Below are positions 11,440 through 20,000 of a DNA stretch of 20,000 bases, piece by piece (positions within the stretch are counted from its first letter, which is position 1; each line of letters begins with the position of its first letter). The notes beneath the pieces are model-generated. The model was not told where the DNA came from. It did no database searches and was given only the letters and a program-made list of their open reading frames with translations. The DNA is from Vicugna vicugna (lineage: Eukaryota). A program made the translations under genes and the position numbers. Where the stretch lies: the NCBI GenBank assembly GCA_013265495.1, contig MU058790.1, forward strand, positions 185,504-205,503. The letters run 5' to 3'.

Positions 11440-11600
11440 CTTTATAGCATCCCCCAGCATACCCCCTACCAACCCCACCCTCTTAAGTCCAGGCAACTAT
11501 TCAGGCCCCCATATTGCATTTAGTATCATGTTTCTTTAGTCTTTAAGCTGGAACAGTTCCTCAGCTTTGCCTTTCTTTGTTTTTTCATGATAGTAAAATT

Positions 11601-11613
11601 AAACAAAAGAAAT

Positions 11614-11660
<47 letters not shown>

Positions 11661-11894
11661 TTTTTGAAGTAGAGTCAGTTACAATGTGTCAATTTCTGGT
11701 TTATAGCACAATGTCCCAGTCATGCATATACATACATATATTCATTTTCATATTCTTTTTTATTAAAGGTTATTACAAGATACTGAACATAGTTCCCTGT
11801 GCTATACAACAGAAACTTTTTTTAAATCCATTTTTTTATATGGTGGCTAACATTTGTAAACCTCAAACTCTCAAATTTATCCCTTCCCATCCCC
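11601..11894 (-). mobile_element. Young L1 3' UTR fragment with (AAAT)n tail
   Basis: TSD TCATGATAGTAAAATT (11585-11600) / TCATAATAGTAACATT (11895-11910), 14/16. Contains the ATAGTTCCCTGTGCTATAC motif. Confidence 0.92.
11612..11663. repeat. (ATTT)13 microsatellite derived from an L1 poly(A) tail
   Basis: 13 perfect units abutting the L1 3' terminus. Confidence 0.95.
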
Positions 11895-12010
11895 TCATAA
11901 TAGTAACATTTTGAAAGAGAACATGCTAGATTTTTTTCCCTCTGTAAAATATCTTTTACTTGTGGTTTACCTGATGTTTTCTCATGGTCAGATTTAGATA
12001 ATGTGTCTTT

Positions 12011-13465
12011 TAAAAAAATTTTATTTTATTGAGTTATAGTCAGTTTACAATGTTGTGTCAATTTCCAGTGTAGAGCACAATTTTTCAGTTATACATGAAC
12101 ATTCATATATTCATTGCACATTCTTTTTCACTGTGAGCTACTGCAAGATCTTGTATATATTTCCCTGTGCTATATGGTATAATCTTGTTTATCTGTTCTA
12201 TATATATCTGTCAGTATCTACAAATTTTGAACTCCCAGTCTGTGCCTTTCCACCCCCCTCCCCCCGGCAGCCACAAGTTTGTATTCAATGTCTGTGAGTC
12301 TGTTTCTGTTTTGTATTTATGTTCATTTGTCTTTTTCTTTTCTTTCTTTTTTTTTCTTTTTCTTTTTCTTTTTTTTTTTTAGATTCTACATATGAGCAAT
12401 CTCCTATGGTATTTTTCTTTCTCTTTCTGGCTTACTTCAGTTAGAATGACATTCTCCAGGAGCATCCATGTTGCTACAAATGGCATTATGTTGTCAATTT
12501 TTAAGGCTGGATAGTATTCCATTGTATAAATATACCACAACTTCTTTATCCAGTCATCTGTCAATGGACATTTAGGTTGTTTCCATGTCTTGGCTATTGT
12601 AAATAGTGCTGCTATGAACATTGGGGTGCAGGTGTCTTTTTGAATTAGCATTCCTTCTGGATATATGCCCAGGAGCGGGATTACTGGGGCATGTGGTAAG
12701 TATTCCTAGTCTTTTGAGGAATCTCCATACTGTTTTCCACAATGGCTGCACCAAACTGCATTCCTGCCAACAGCGTAGGAGGGTTCCCTTTTCTCCACAG
12801 CCTCTCCAGCATTTATCATTTGTGGGCTTTTGAATGATGGCCATTCTGACTGCTATGAGGTGATACCTCATTGTAGCTTTGATTTGCATTTCTCTGATAA
12901 TTAGTGATATTGAGCATTTTTTCATGTGCCTATCGGTCATTCATATGTCTTCATTGAAGAATTGCTTATTTAGGTCTTCTGCCCATTTTTGGATTGAGTT
13001 GTTTGTTTTTTTCTTATTAAGTCGTATGAGCTGCTGAGTTGTTTGTTTTTTTCTTATTAAGTCGTATGAGCTGCTTATCTGTTCTGGAGATTAGCCTTTG
13101 TCAGTTTAATATTTTGCAAAAATTTTCTCCCATTCCTTAGGTTGTCGTTTTGTTTTGCTTATGGTTTCCTTTGCTGTGCAAAAGCTTGCAAGTTTAATTA
13201 GGTCCCATTGTTTATTTTTGCTTTTATTTCTATTGCTTGGGTAGACTGCCCTAGGACAACATTTCTGAGATGTATGTGAGATAATGTTTTGCCTATGTTT
13301 TGTTCTAGGAGGTTTATTGTATCTTGTCCTACGTTTAAGTCTTTGATCCATTTTGAGTTTATTTTTGTGTATGGTGTAAGGGAGTGTTCTTGCTTCATTG
13401 ATTTACATGCTGCTGTCCAGTTTTCCCAGCACCATTTGCTGAAGAGACTGTCTTTATTCCATTGC
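12011..13465 (-). mobile_element. Young 5'-truncated LINE-1 (1.45 kb): ORF2 C-terminus (stop 12379-12381), A-rich linker, 3' UTR
   Basis: Overlapping minus-strand ORFs 13198-13398, 13106-13351, 12572-12940 and 12379-12651 give ORF2p motifs ([52 protein letters not shown]). TSD AGATAATGTGTCTTT (11996-12010) / AGATAATGCGTTTTT (13466-13480), 13/15. Confidence 0.97.
12995..13074. repeat. Perfect 40-bp tandem duplication inside L1 ORF2
   Basis: TGAGTTGTTTGTTTTTTTCTTATTAAGTCGTATGAGCTGC x2. Single copy in the paralogous L1 (~599-638). Confidence 0.97.
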
Positions 13466-13994
13466 AGATAATGCGTTTTTGTAGAAATATTACAGAAACA
13501 ATGTTGATCAGTTTGTCCCCTATGTTGGTGATTTAAGTTTGATCACTAGGTTAAGGTAGTGTCTACCTGATTTCTCCTCTGTAAAGGTACCTATTTTTAC
13601 TTAGAAATTAATACATAACCTGTGGGGAGATACTTTGACCCTGTTCTCCAACAAACTATTATTCAGTTTATTTATGATTCTTGCCTGAATTATCACTACA
13701 TTAGTTGTTATATATTGATCTTCTAACCCTATCATTCCCTCTGCAGTTACTAGCTTTCATTTTATAGTAAAGAAGAGCTTTCCCCCACCCTTGTCTACTT
13801 GTTTCTGTTTTGTGGCATCTGTATGAACTAGTGGTCTCTTTAATTCAGTGGGTTATTATCTTTTGTTTTCATGATTCAGTTTTGATCCTCAAATTGTCTC
13901 TGATTTGACCAGTGCCAGCGCCTCAAAATTGACCTCTGTGCCCTTTTAACATGGCCCCATCCATTTTTGAGCACTCTAGATACATCAGTTATAA

Positions 13995-14200
13995 AATATT
14001 TCATCAATATATATATTTTATGTGTCACTAAATGCTTGCTGTGCCCTTAGTGTACTGTAGTACTCTTAGGTGTCAAAAGGTATGCAAAGATAATATGACA
14101 TACCTTCTTTTACTAAAGAAATAAAATCTCCCTTAATATAGTAATAGTAAGATAGGTAAAGCAATTAGAGACTAATTTAAGGTGGTATATAATTTAGTTC
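13995..14200 (-). mobile_element. Degenerate L2 3' end fragment
   Basis: CACTAAATGCTTGCTGTGCC...GGTATGCAAAGATAATATGACATA resembles the reverse L2 terminus; heavily diverged. Confidence 0.45.
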
Positions 14201-14594
14201 TAAATTTATTTATTTCTAGTTTATTACTCCTAAAAGAAATTCATACCACTTACAATAGTAACACATTTCCTCATTGTGAAATATAGCACAATCTTTAGTG
14301 TATAAGTAAGACTTACTTCTACGATACTATATAGGAAAGAGTCAATCAGGAAGATAGATCTGAGATTTGTCTCTCAGCCTTCAGTGTGTGGAATAAAAAT
14401 TTTAACATAGTTAGGCAAACAATTTCAGGTTTTATAGTGTCACATATCACATGAATTTGTGGAACGCTGTTTGGTTTAATAGGTGTTTGGCTATTCTTGT
14501 GGTTAGCTAGCTAATTCTTGCAATCAGTTTGGTTTTATATGTTCCAATATTACATAGTACAGTCAACTAAGACTATCCATTTATTTTTCAGAAC

Positions 14595-14829
14595 AGTTTT
14601 TCTGATCTGTCTTCCAGAAAACTAACTTGCTTCCATTTTCTCTCATGTCTGGTAACAGTCATCTGTTGAATTCTTGATTTTGGCTATTGTAATTTTTTCT
14701 ATTCTAAAAATTCTTTTTCTTTTTCAAATATATCACTCATAGTTTCTAATTCTGTCCTAAAAATTTCAGTCTTGTCTTTTATGTCCTTTAACATAAATGA
14801 CCATAGTCATTTTAAGATCTGTGTCTGTT
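14595..14829 (-). mobile_element. Ancient L1ME/HAL1-like ORF1-region fragment, left part
   Basis: T-rich antisense ORF1-type sequence (TTCTGATCTGTCTTCCAG, GAATTCTTGATTTTGGCTATTGTA, ATAGTCATTTTAAGATCTGTGTCTG). Continues at 16041. Confidence 0.7.
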
Positions 14830-14947
14830 GTTAACTGGATTTATTGTGGTGATCGTTTTGTAGCATATACAAATATTGAATCATTACATTATACACCTGA
14901 AGTAAAATAATGTTATATGTCAATTATACCTCAATAAAAAGATAAAA
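14830..14947 (+). mobile_element. L1 3' terminal fragment (L1MA9-derived type) at the 5' side of a TSD-flanked insertion
   Basis: GTTAACTGGATTTATTGTGGTGATC...TATACACCTGAA...ATGTTATATGTCAATTATACCTCAATAAAAA, with AATAAA at 14933-14938. Confidence 0.9.
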
Positions 14948-16040
14948 CAATACAAGCCTCTGGTTCCCAAACCTACATCTGATGTAAAAAGCTAGAACTT
15001 AGAGCTTTAGTCTAAGTTCTGAATTTGAATTCAGTTCTCCTGTGCAGAAGGCATTTTACTTCACTGACTTGGAAAATGAGTCTTCCTATACTCTAGTTCT
15101 AACTTTCATTAAAAAAAAAATTCCAGAGCTTTTCAGTATACATCATTTTTCCTTATGGTTAGCAGTTGGACCAGGGCTATACAATAGCATTTATGTAGGA
15201 GGTCAAGTTCAGTCATTATTGGGAGAAGAAAAGGAACAATGGCTGAAGGAGTTTTAAGTGATACTGAGTGTGTAATAAAAGCTCTGTGCATATTTAATAA
15301 GGCTAAAGTTGATAGGTTACTTAAACATGTCAATATATCAGAAAGAGAAATTCTGCCTTGTCCCGAGGTATGATTGTGACATGGAAAAATGGGGCCAAAG
15401 AGTCATAGCATTAAACTTTCATGACAGTAAATAACTTCAGGGATGCTGTGTTACTTCACAGTTCCTGTGCAGGTTCCAAATGTGAAATAAGCAATAACCT
15501 TAATGAGAAACATTTTGGTGAAGTGGTTAGCGGTGTGTGTTCTTTCTGTGTTAAAATAATGAAAGCATTTCAAGGCAGTTTACTTCTTTTTGAAGACTGA
15601 GGAAAGTCTTTTAAGTATGACGTTTGAGGATTTTTTTTTTACCCTGAAATTATACCTAGGTAAGATCTAAGTGCTCATTGTGTGGATCTAGGTAGATAGT
15701 CAGGATGATGATAAAAGATGCCATCTAAACTCTTACTCATTTGCTGGTTACACTGTAGGAAGAATAACACACAGCGTTTTTTTCTATTAGGGGTTGGTAA
15801 CAAAACTAATTCAAATAAGTCAAAAATTATGTGGATTCATCAAAGTCAACATAGTTGTGAGACTACTAGAGTACTGCTCTTTTAAAATGAAAGAGAAGAT
15901 TCGGTAAGTCAGGCTGTGAGCACAAATTAGGAGAGAACCGTAAAATATCACCATTTAAATTTCCTTCCCTACTTCTTCAACAATGTCTTAAGATGAAAAC
16001 ACTCTCTACCTCCCCCATACCCACTTCAAAAAAAAAAATA
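14948..16040 (+). other. Putative L1 3'-transduced segment ending in poly(A) (16028-16038)
   Basis: Lies between the L1 tail and a second A tract. The whole unit is flanked by ATCTGTGTCTGTT at 14817-14829 and 16041-16053. Confidence 0.75.
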
Positions 16041-16120
16041 ATCTGTGTCTGTTAATTGCAATATCTGAAGCCCTGTGGCTCTGCTTCTGTTGGCTATTGT
16101 TTCTGCTGGTTTTCAGTCCT
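16041..16120 (-). mobile_element. Continuation of the ancient L1ME/HAL1-like fragment
   Basis: ATCTGTGTCTGTTAATTGCAATATCTGAAGCCCTGTGGCTCTGCTTCTGTTGGCTATTGTTTCTGCTGGTT is the expected continuation of 14800-14829. Confidence 0.7.
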
Positions 16121-16282
16121 GAGCAAGAGCCTCAATTCTTGTCTGAGACCCATAGTTTGGACAACAGCTCTAAAATAATCAGTTTTTCTTTTCCTGGGAA
16201 AAATGTGCACATGTCAAGAATGGATGAGTAGAATTACAATGTAGCAGGGTCACACTCTATGAAATTATAATAAAACATAACA

Positions 16283-16495
16283 ATTAAGAGTAATGGGGCC
16301 AGATTCAGCTTGCCTGTGTCCAAATCCCAGCTCCTTTATTTAATGTCTGCTAAGCCTCAATTTCCTCATCCTTAAGATGAAATATTAACAATACCTATCT
16401 CATAGAATTCTTATAAGTATTAAAAGAGGTAACACATGTAAAGTACTTAACCCAGTACCTGGCAAGCACTCAATAAGTGTTAACTTTATCATTAT
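16283..16495 (+). mobile_element. MIR SINE
   Basis: CAAATCCCAGCTC, core GCCTCAATTTCCTCATC...AATACCTATCTCATAG, and 3' end CAGTACCTGGCAAGCACTCAATAAGTGTTA. Confidence 0.9.
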
Positions 16496-16689
16496 TCTTA
16501 GATATTCAGAGGGAAGAGAGTCTTAAATTTTGTACGTAGGAAATATTTGAGATGGCATTGAAAAATGCATTGATTAATTTATTCATTTATTTTATTTGAT
16601 AGATACACAATAAATATTTGTTGAAAGAAATTCAGCAACTGGTGGACAAAGTGAGCTGAATCCCAAAAGGAAGGGTGGAATTGTAAAGG

Positions 16690-16800
16690 GTCAGGCAAGA
16701 GTAAAGGGTGTCCTAGAAACAGCCAAGACAAAGCTTGGAGGCAACATGATTTATATGTGAGATAATAGGAAGATCAGCCTGGATGGAACGTCTTGGAGGA
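16690..16800 (-). mobile_element. Degenerate L2 fragment
   Basis: GAAACAGCCAAGACAAAGCTTGGAGG...GAAGATCAGCCTGGATGGA resembles antisense L2. Confidence 0.4.
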
Positions 16801-17057
16801 AAATATAATCTACAGAAAAATAATGGATGAGTGTTTAATCCTGTAACATTCTATAATTATCTTACATACATTGCCACTTCTGGGTCTTCTCCCATTCACA
16901 TTTCTGTCTATGATATTAAGCTGACTATGTGTACAATAATACAGGCATCACATATCAACTGAACCAAAGGGCTTTTTCCCTCTGACATAATAAATACCCC
17001 TGGAGTGACATGAAAGGCTCATGGTTTTTAAAGCCATTTTATCTAAAGCTACTAAAG

Positions 17058-17240
17058 CAGTGATTCTCAGGCTTTAGCTTACCTTTACAAACACCTGGAG
17101 AGCTTGGTAGGTTGTTGAACCTCATCCTGAGAGTTGTGGATTTCATTAAGTCTGGAGTCGCCCCTAGGATCGGCATTTCTAAGGAATTGTGAGGTGACAT
17201 TCATGCTGCTGGTTCAGAGACCACACTGTGAGAACAACTG
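17058..17240. mobile_element. hAT-Charlie MITE (MER5A), full length
   Basis: TIRs CAGTGATTCTCA / TGAGAACAACTG (10/12 complementary), 183 bp. 8-bp flanks TACTAAAG / TACTCATG (6/8). Confidence 0.9.
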
Positions 17241-18654
17241 TACTCATGACATCACACCATATCATGTACTGAAATATTTTAGAATTTGATCATGTTTTCC
17301 TTTGGTAGAATAATTTTCTAACATCTATATTTAGTTGTGCCTCCTACTCATGGAAGTCAATTATTTGAAATAATTTGTAGGAAGAAAACCCCACCTTTTC
17401 ATTTATATTTTATCTTAGCCATTCCCTTACTGTGGTTTTTATTTTCTTGCTATTAAGGTTAACTGTTTGGGGAGGCCTAAGCTACCATTAAACTCCATTA
17501 GTGGTAGAAATTTCCTAATATTTCAGAGAAATCCCACTGCATTATTCATAATGAGTTGAGTGGGGCTTTTTCTAAAAGTAATTGTTATAATCATAGGCCT
17601 CATAAATGTAAGCATGAATTCTTTCATTAGTATATTCTTGCCGTTCATAATAGGTCAACATTTTAAATAAAGCACATATGCAAATTTTATGGCATTTCTC
17701 TCCCTTTGTCATCACGTATCTCTTTAAAGGAAATACACATCACTTCAAGTTCCTGTTAATTTTACCTGCTGTCGCCTCCTACCTAAATGAGTCACACCAA
17801 CTATTATATGTCACTTCTGACAAGAACCTGAAAGTTGAAGTAATTTTCACACATTCTGTGTCACTCTTCCCTCATAGTTCTCGAATGCATTAGAGGCAGG
17901 AAGTAACATTGACTGACGAGAAGAGTTAGGAAGAGGATGTTCAGAGTCCACGGCACCCAGCTCATTCCCCCCCACCCCCCGCCCTCCACTGTCTACTTCC
18001 CCAGTGCTGGGCCTCACTTTATCTCTTTTCTCGAGTAAAATTAACATAAGGCTTTGATGTGTGGCAAATTTCTAAATCTTGGTAATGACAAGGAAAAGAG
18101 AAGGTGGCGACAGCCCGGGCCAGGCCTACAAATAACTTACAACTCAATATCACACCACCATGTTCTCAGTGAATTTGTGAGCTGTACCCTGTCACCATGA
18201 ATTCTCCTTAGGCCTCCGCAGATTGCTAACATCCAGGCCCCTTCCTTTCCCTCTTCCTCTGCCTCACTCTCATCCCTACTTCCCTTCTTGCTGGCCTCCC
18301 TCTTGCCCTCCTTAACCTCTCTTCCCCTATTTCACAGAGTAGTTCACCTCTCTTCTCTGGTTCTCATCCATTTAAACTTTGAGCAAAGGAAGGGTCCTCA
18401 CATTTCTCCATTAAAAAGCTAGTTAAGGCCCATCCTCAAAGTATTTTTCTAAACAAAACGTCTACCTCTGAGGTGATTTGGATCGTTTCCTTAGAGAGCA
18501 ATAAGTGGCCGCAGTCAGTATTATTTTAAGTACCATGTTTTTCTTCCTGCTCCATTTGTTAAAGGAAAGACGACAGGGCGGCTTGGCCCTGAGAGGACTG
18601 GCGTGAGACTGGAGTACGAAAGGCGACTAAGGTCTAGGTTAGGAAGTGTGTTTC

Positions 18655-18790
18655 TGGCTTAGAACCCAGATTCCTGGTCCGAGCTCTGCTTTTATTTGGC
18701 AGTGTGGTCTTCAGCAAGCCACTTCACAGCTCCCAGGCTGTTTCTTCATCTAGAAATTGAAGGATTTGGGTTAGTGTTCTTCAAGTTTAA
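18655..18790 (+). mobile_element. MIR-family fragment (MIR3/MIRc-like)
   Basis: GGTCCGAGCTCTGC...GTGTGGTCTTCAGCAAGCCACTTCACAGCTC...GTTTCTTCATCTAGAAATTGAAGG, the MIR core. Confidence 0.75.
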
Positions 18791-19403
18791 GCAAAAACCA
18801 AAAGGAGACAAAAACATTTCACAGTGGCTCCTGTTGAAGCAGCAAGGGGTCCAGACCCATCCTCTTAACTCTTCCTCCTCCATGGCCACTGTAGCTTCCT
18901 CTCAGTGCAGTTCTGAAAACACTGATCTAGATGGTTTCCATCCACCATTGTTCCCTGCTTTTTGGAAGTTTCTGAGTGGTTTCACAGTTTATTATATATG
19001 CTCTCTGTAATTAGAATGAAGGTAGATAGATGGAATCCTGAGAGAGAAACCTCCACAACCTGGCAGAGCTGACGAATTTTGGAATTGTCTAATGTTCAGT
19101 CAGGAGGTGCTCGTGGCCCTGGGCTAAGGGGTAACCCAATCTCAATCCCCACCTTATGTGTTTCCAGTATTTAAAAGTCTGTTGCAGGTCTGGTTTACTT
19201 TAGAAGAGATGGCTCTATTGAAAAACACTTCTAGAAAAAGAGACTGGGGGGCCATTTTGATGGAAATTTGACCTTTGGCATTTGATGATAATCGATTAAC
19301 ATGTGTACTGTTTTAGGATCCCTGTGTGATCAATAATAGACTTCCCAAAACCCATTTCACTAGCAAGTGACTCCACGAAGACAGCAGTAGTCACTCGGAC
19401 CTC

Positions 19404-19786
19404 TGTGACAGGGTTTGGTGATGTACCACAGAACCGCCTGCTCCCTCAGGCCCTTGAATTCCATTCACCTGCAAAGGAGAGTCTCCTGCACTTGCCGGAG
19501 AGCCATGTCAAGTGGGCACATGAGGCCCGGAATGGAGTCAGTCTGTGGATGCCGGCATGAATGACAGTGAGCTAGCCTGGTGGTACCATTTTGAGGCATG
19601 TTCCTGGCAGTTTCTCATAGTCTTTCCACAGGGATTGGGTCCTGTTGGCTCACGGCCATAATATAAGTTTGATTCACTTTCCTTCTTTCTGTGTCTCATT
19701 TTCCCTACTCTCTGACTCTTGGAATAATCCTGGGATAATCTTGCAAATAGTTATCTCCCCGAAGTCCTTATTATCTCAGGGCCTAC
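19404..19786 (+). mobile_element. ERVL LTR16-family LTR, cut near its 3' end by an L1
   Basis: 3' part TGTCTCATTTTCCCTACTC...CCTGGGATAATCTTGCAAATA...TCTCAGGGCCTAC parallels 9795-9886. Start approximate. Confidence 0.7.
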
Positions 19787-20000
19787 TTTTTTTTTACATT
19801 TTTTATTGATTCATAATCATTTTACAGTGTTGTGTCAAATTCCAGTGTTCAGCACAATTTTTCAGTCATTCATGGGCATATACACACTCATTGTCACATT
19901 TTTTTCTCTGATTTATCATAACATTTTGTGTATATTTCCCTGTGCTATACAGTGTAATCTTGTTTATCTATTCTACAATTTTGAAATCCCAGTCTATCCC
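19787..20000 (-). mobile_element. Young L1 3' end, running off the window
   Basis: Poly(T), then TTTATTGATTCATAATCATTTTACAGTGTTGTGTCAAATTCCAGTG...TTCCCTGTGCTATACAG, homologous to 12025-12245. Confidence 0.93.

Larger units (their letters stand above)
10800..13975 (-). mobile_element. Old L1MC-type 3' end (L1MC4/5-like), split by four younger insertions
   Basis: Colinear pieces at 10800-11080, 11448-11600, 11911-12010 and 13481-13975 (e.g. ATTGCATTTAGTATCATGTTTCTTTAGTC, CTGGAACAGTTCCTCAG, TTTGATCACTAGGTTAAGGTAGTGTCT, CTCAAATTGTCTCTGATTTGACCAGTG) rejoin once the inserts are removed. Confidence 0.82.

Noticed and set aside
12379..13398. ORF2p-like ORFs as a functional CDS
   Set aside because: 5'-truncated, multiply frameshifted, and lacking the EN and RT core.
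18096..18112. CTCF-like AGAAGGTGGCGAC
   Set aside because: Lacks the conserved 5' CC(A/G) part of the core motif.
1..20000. Minus-strand bias of young L1s (6 of 7) as evidence for a plus-strand host gene
   Set aside because: Small sample, three of four LTRs lie on the plus strand (opposite to the intronic expectation), and no exon was identified.
1..20000. CRISPR array, prokaryotic operon or novel multi-gene system
   Set aside because: The sequence is mammalian and repeat-rich. The recurring motifs (e.g. TTCCCTGTGCTATA) are dispersed L1 3' UTR copies, not a repeat-spacer array.

Overview
AT-rich, CpG-depleted placental-mammal DNA, most likely intronic or intergenic. The young L1 3' UTRs resemble cetartiodactyl L1s and I saw no Bov-A/BovB, PRE-1, CAN or Alu SINEs, so a camelid is a plausible but unverified guess. 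About half the window is transposon-derived: young L1 3' fragments, old L1M pieces, MaLR (MLT1) and ERVL (LTR16-like) solo LTRs, hAT-Charlie MITEs (MER5A/MER58A-like), MIRs and L2. I can support no intact protein-coding gene, RNA gene or novel multi-gene system; the longer ORFs are L1 remnants or their antisense shadows. The best observation is a ~1.2-kb insertion (14830-16040) with the architecture of an L1 3' transduction: TSD, L1 3' end, ~1.08 kb of non-L1 DNA, poly(A), TSD. Also notable are a 5'-intact, 3'-truncated L1 inside an MLT1 LTR, a nested insertion cluster at 10.8-14 kb, and a perfect 40-bp tandem duplication. Subfamily names come from my recollection of consensus sequences and need Dfam/RepeatMasker confirmation.
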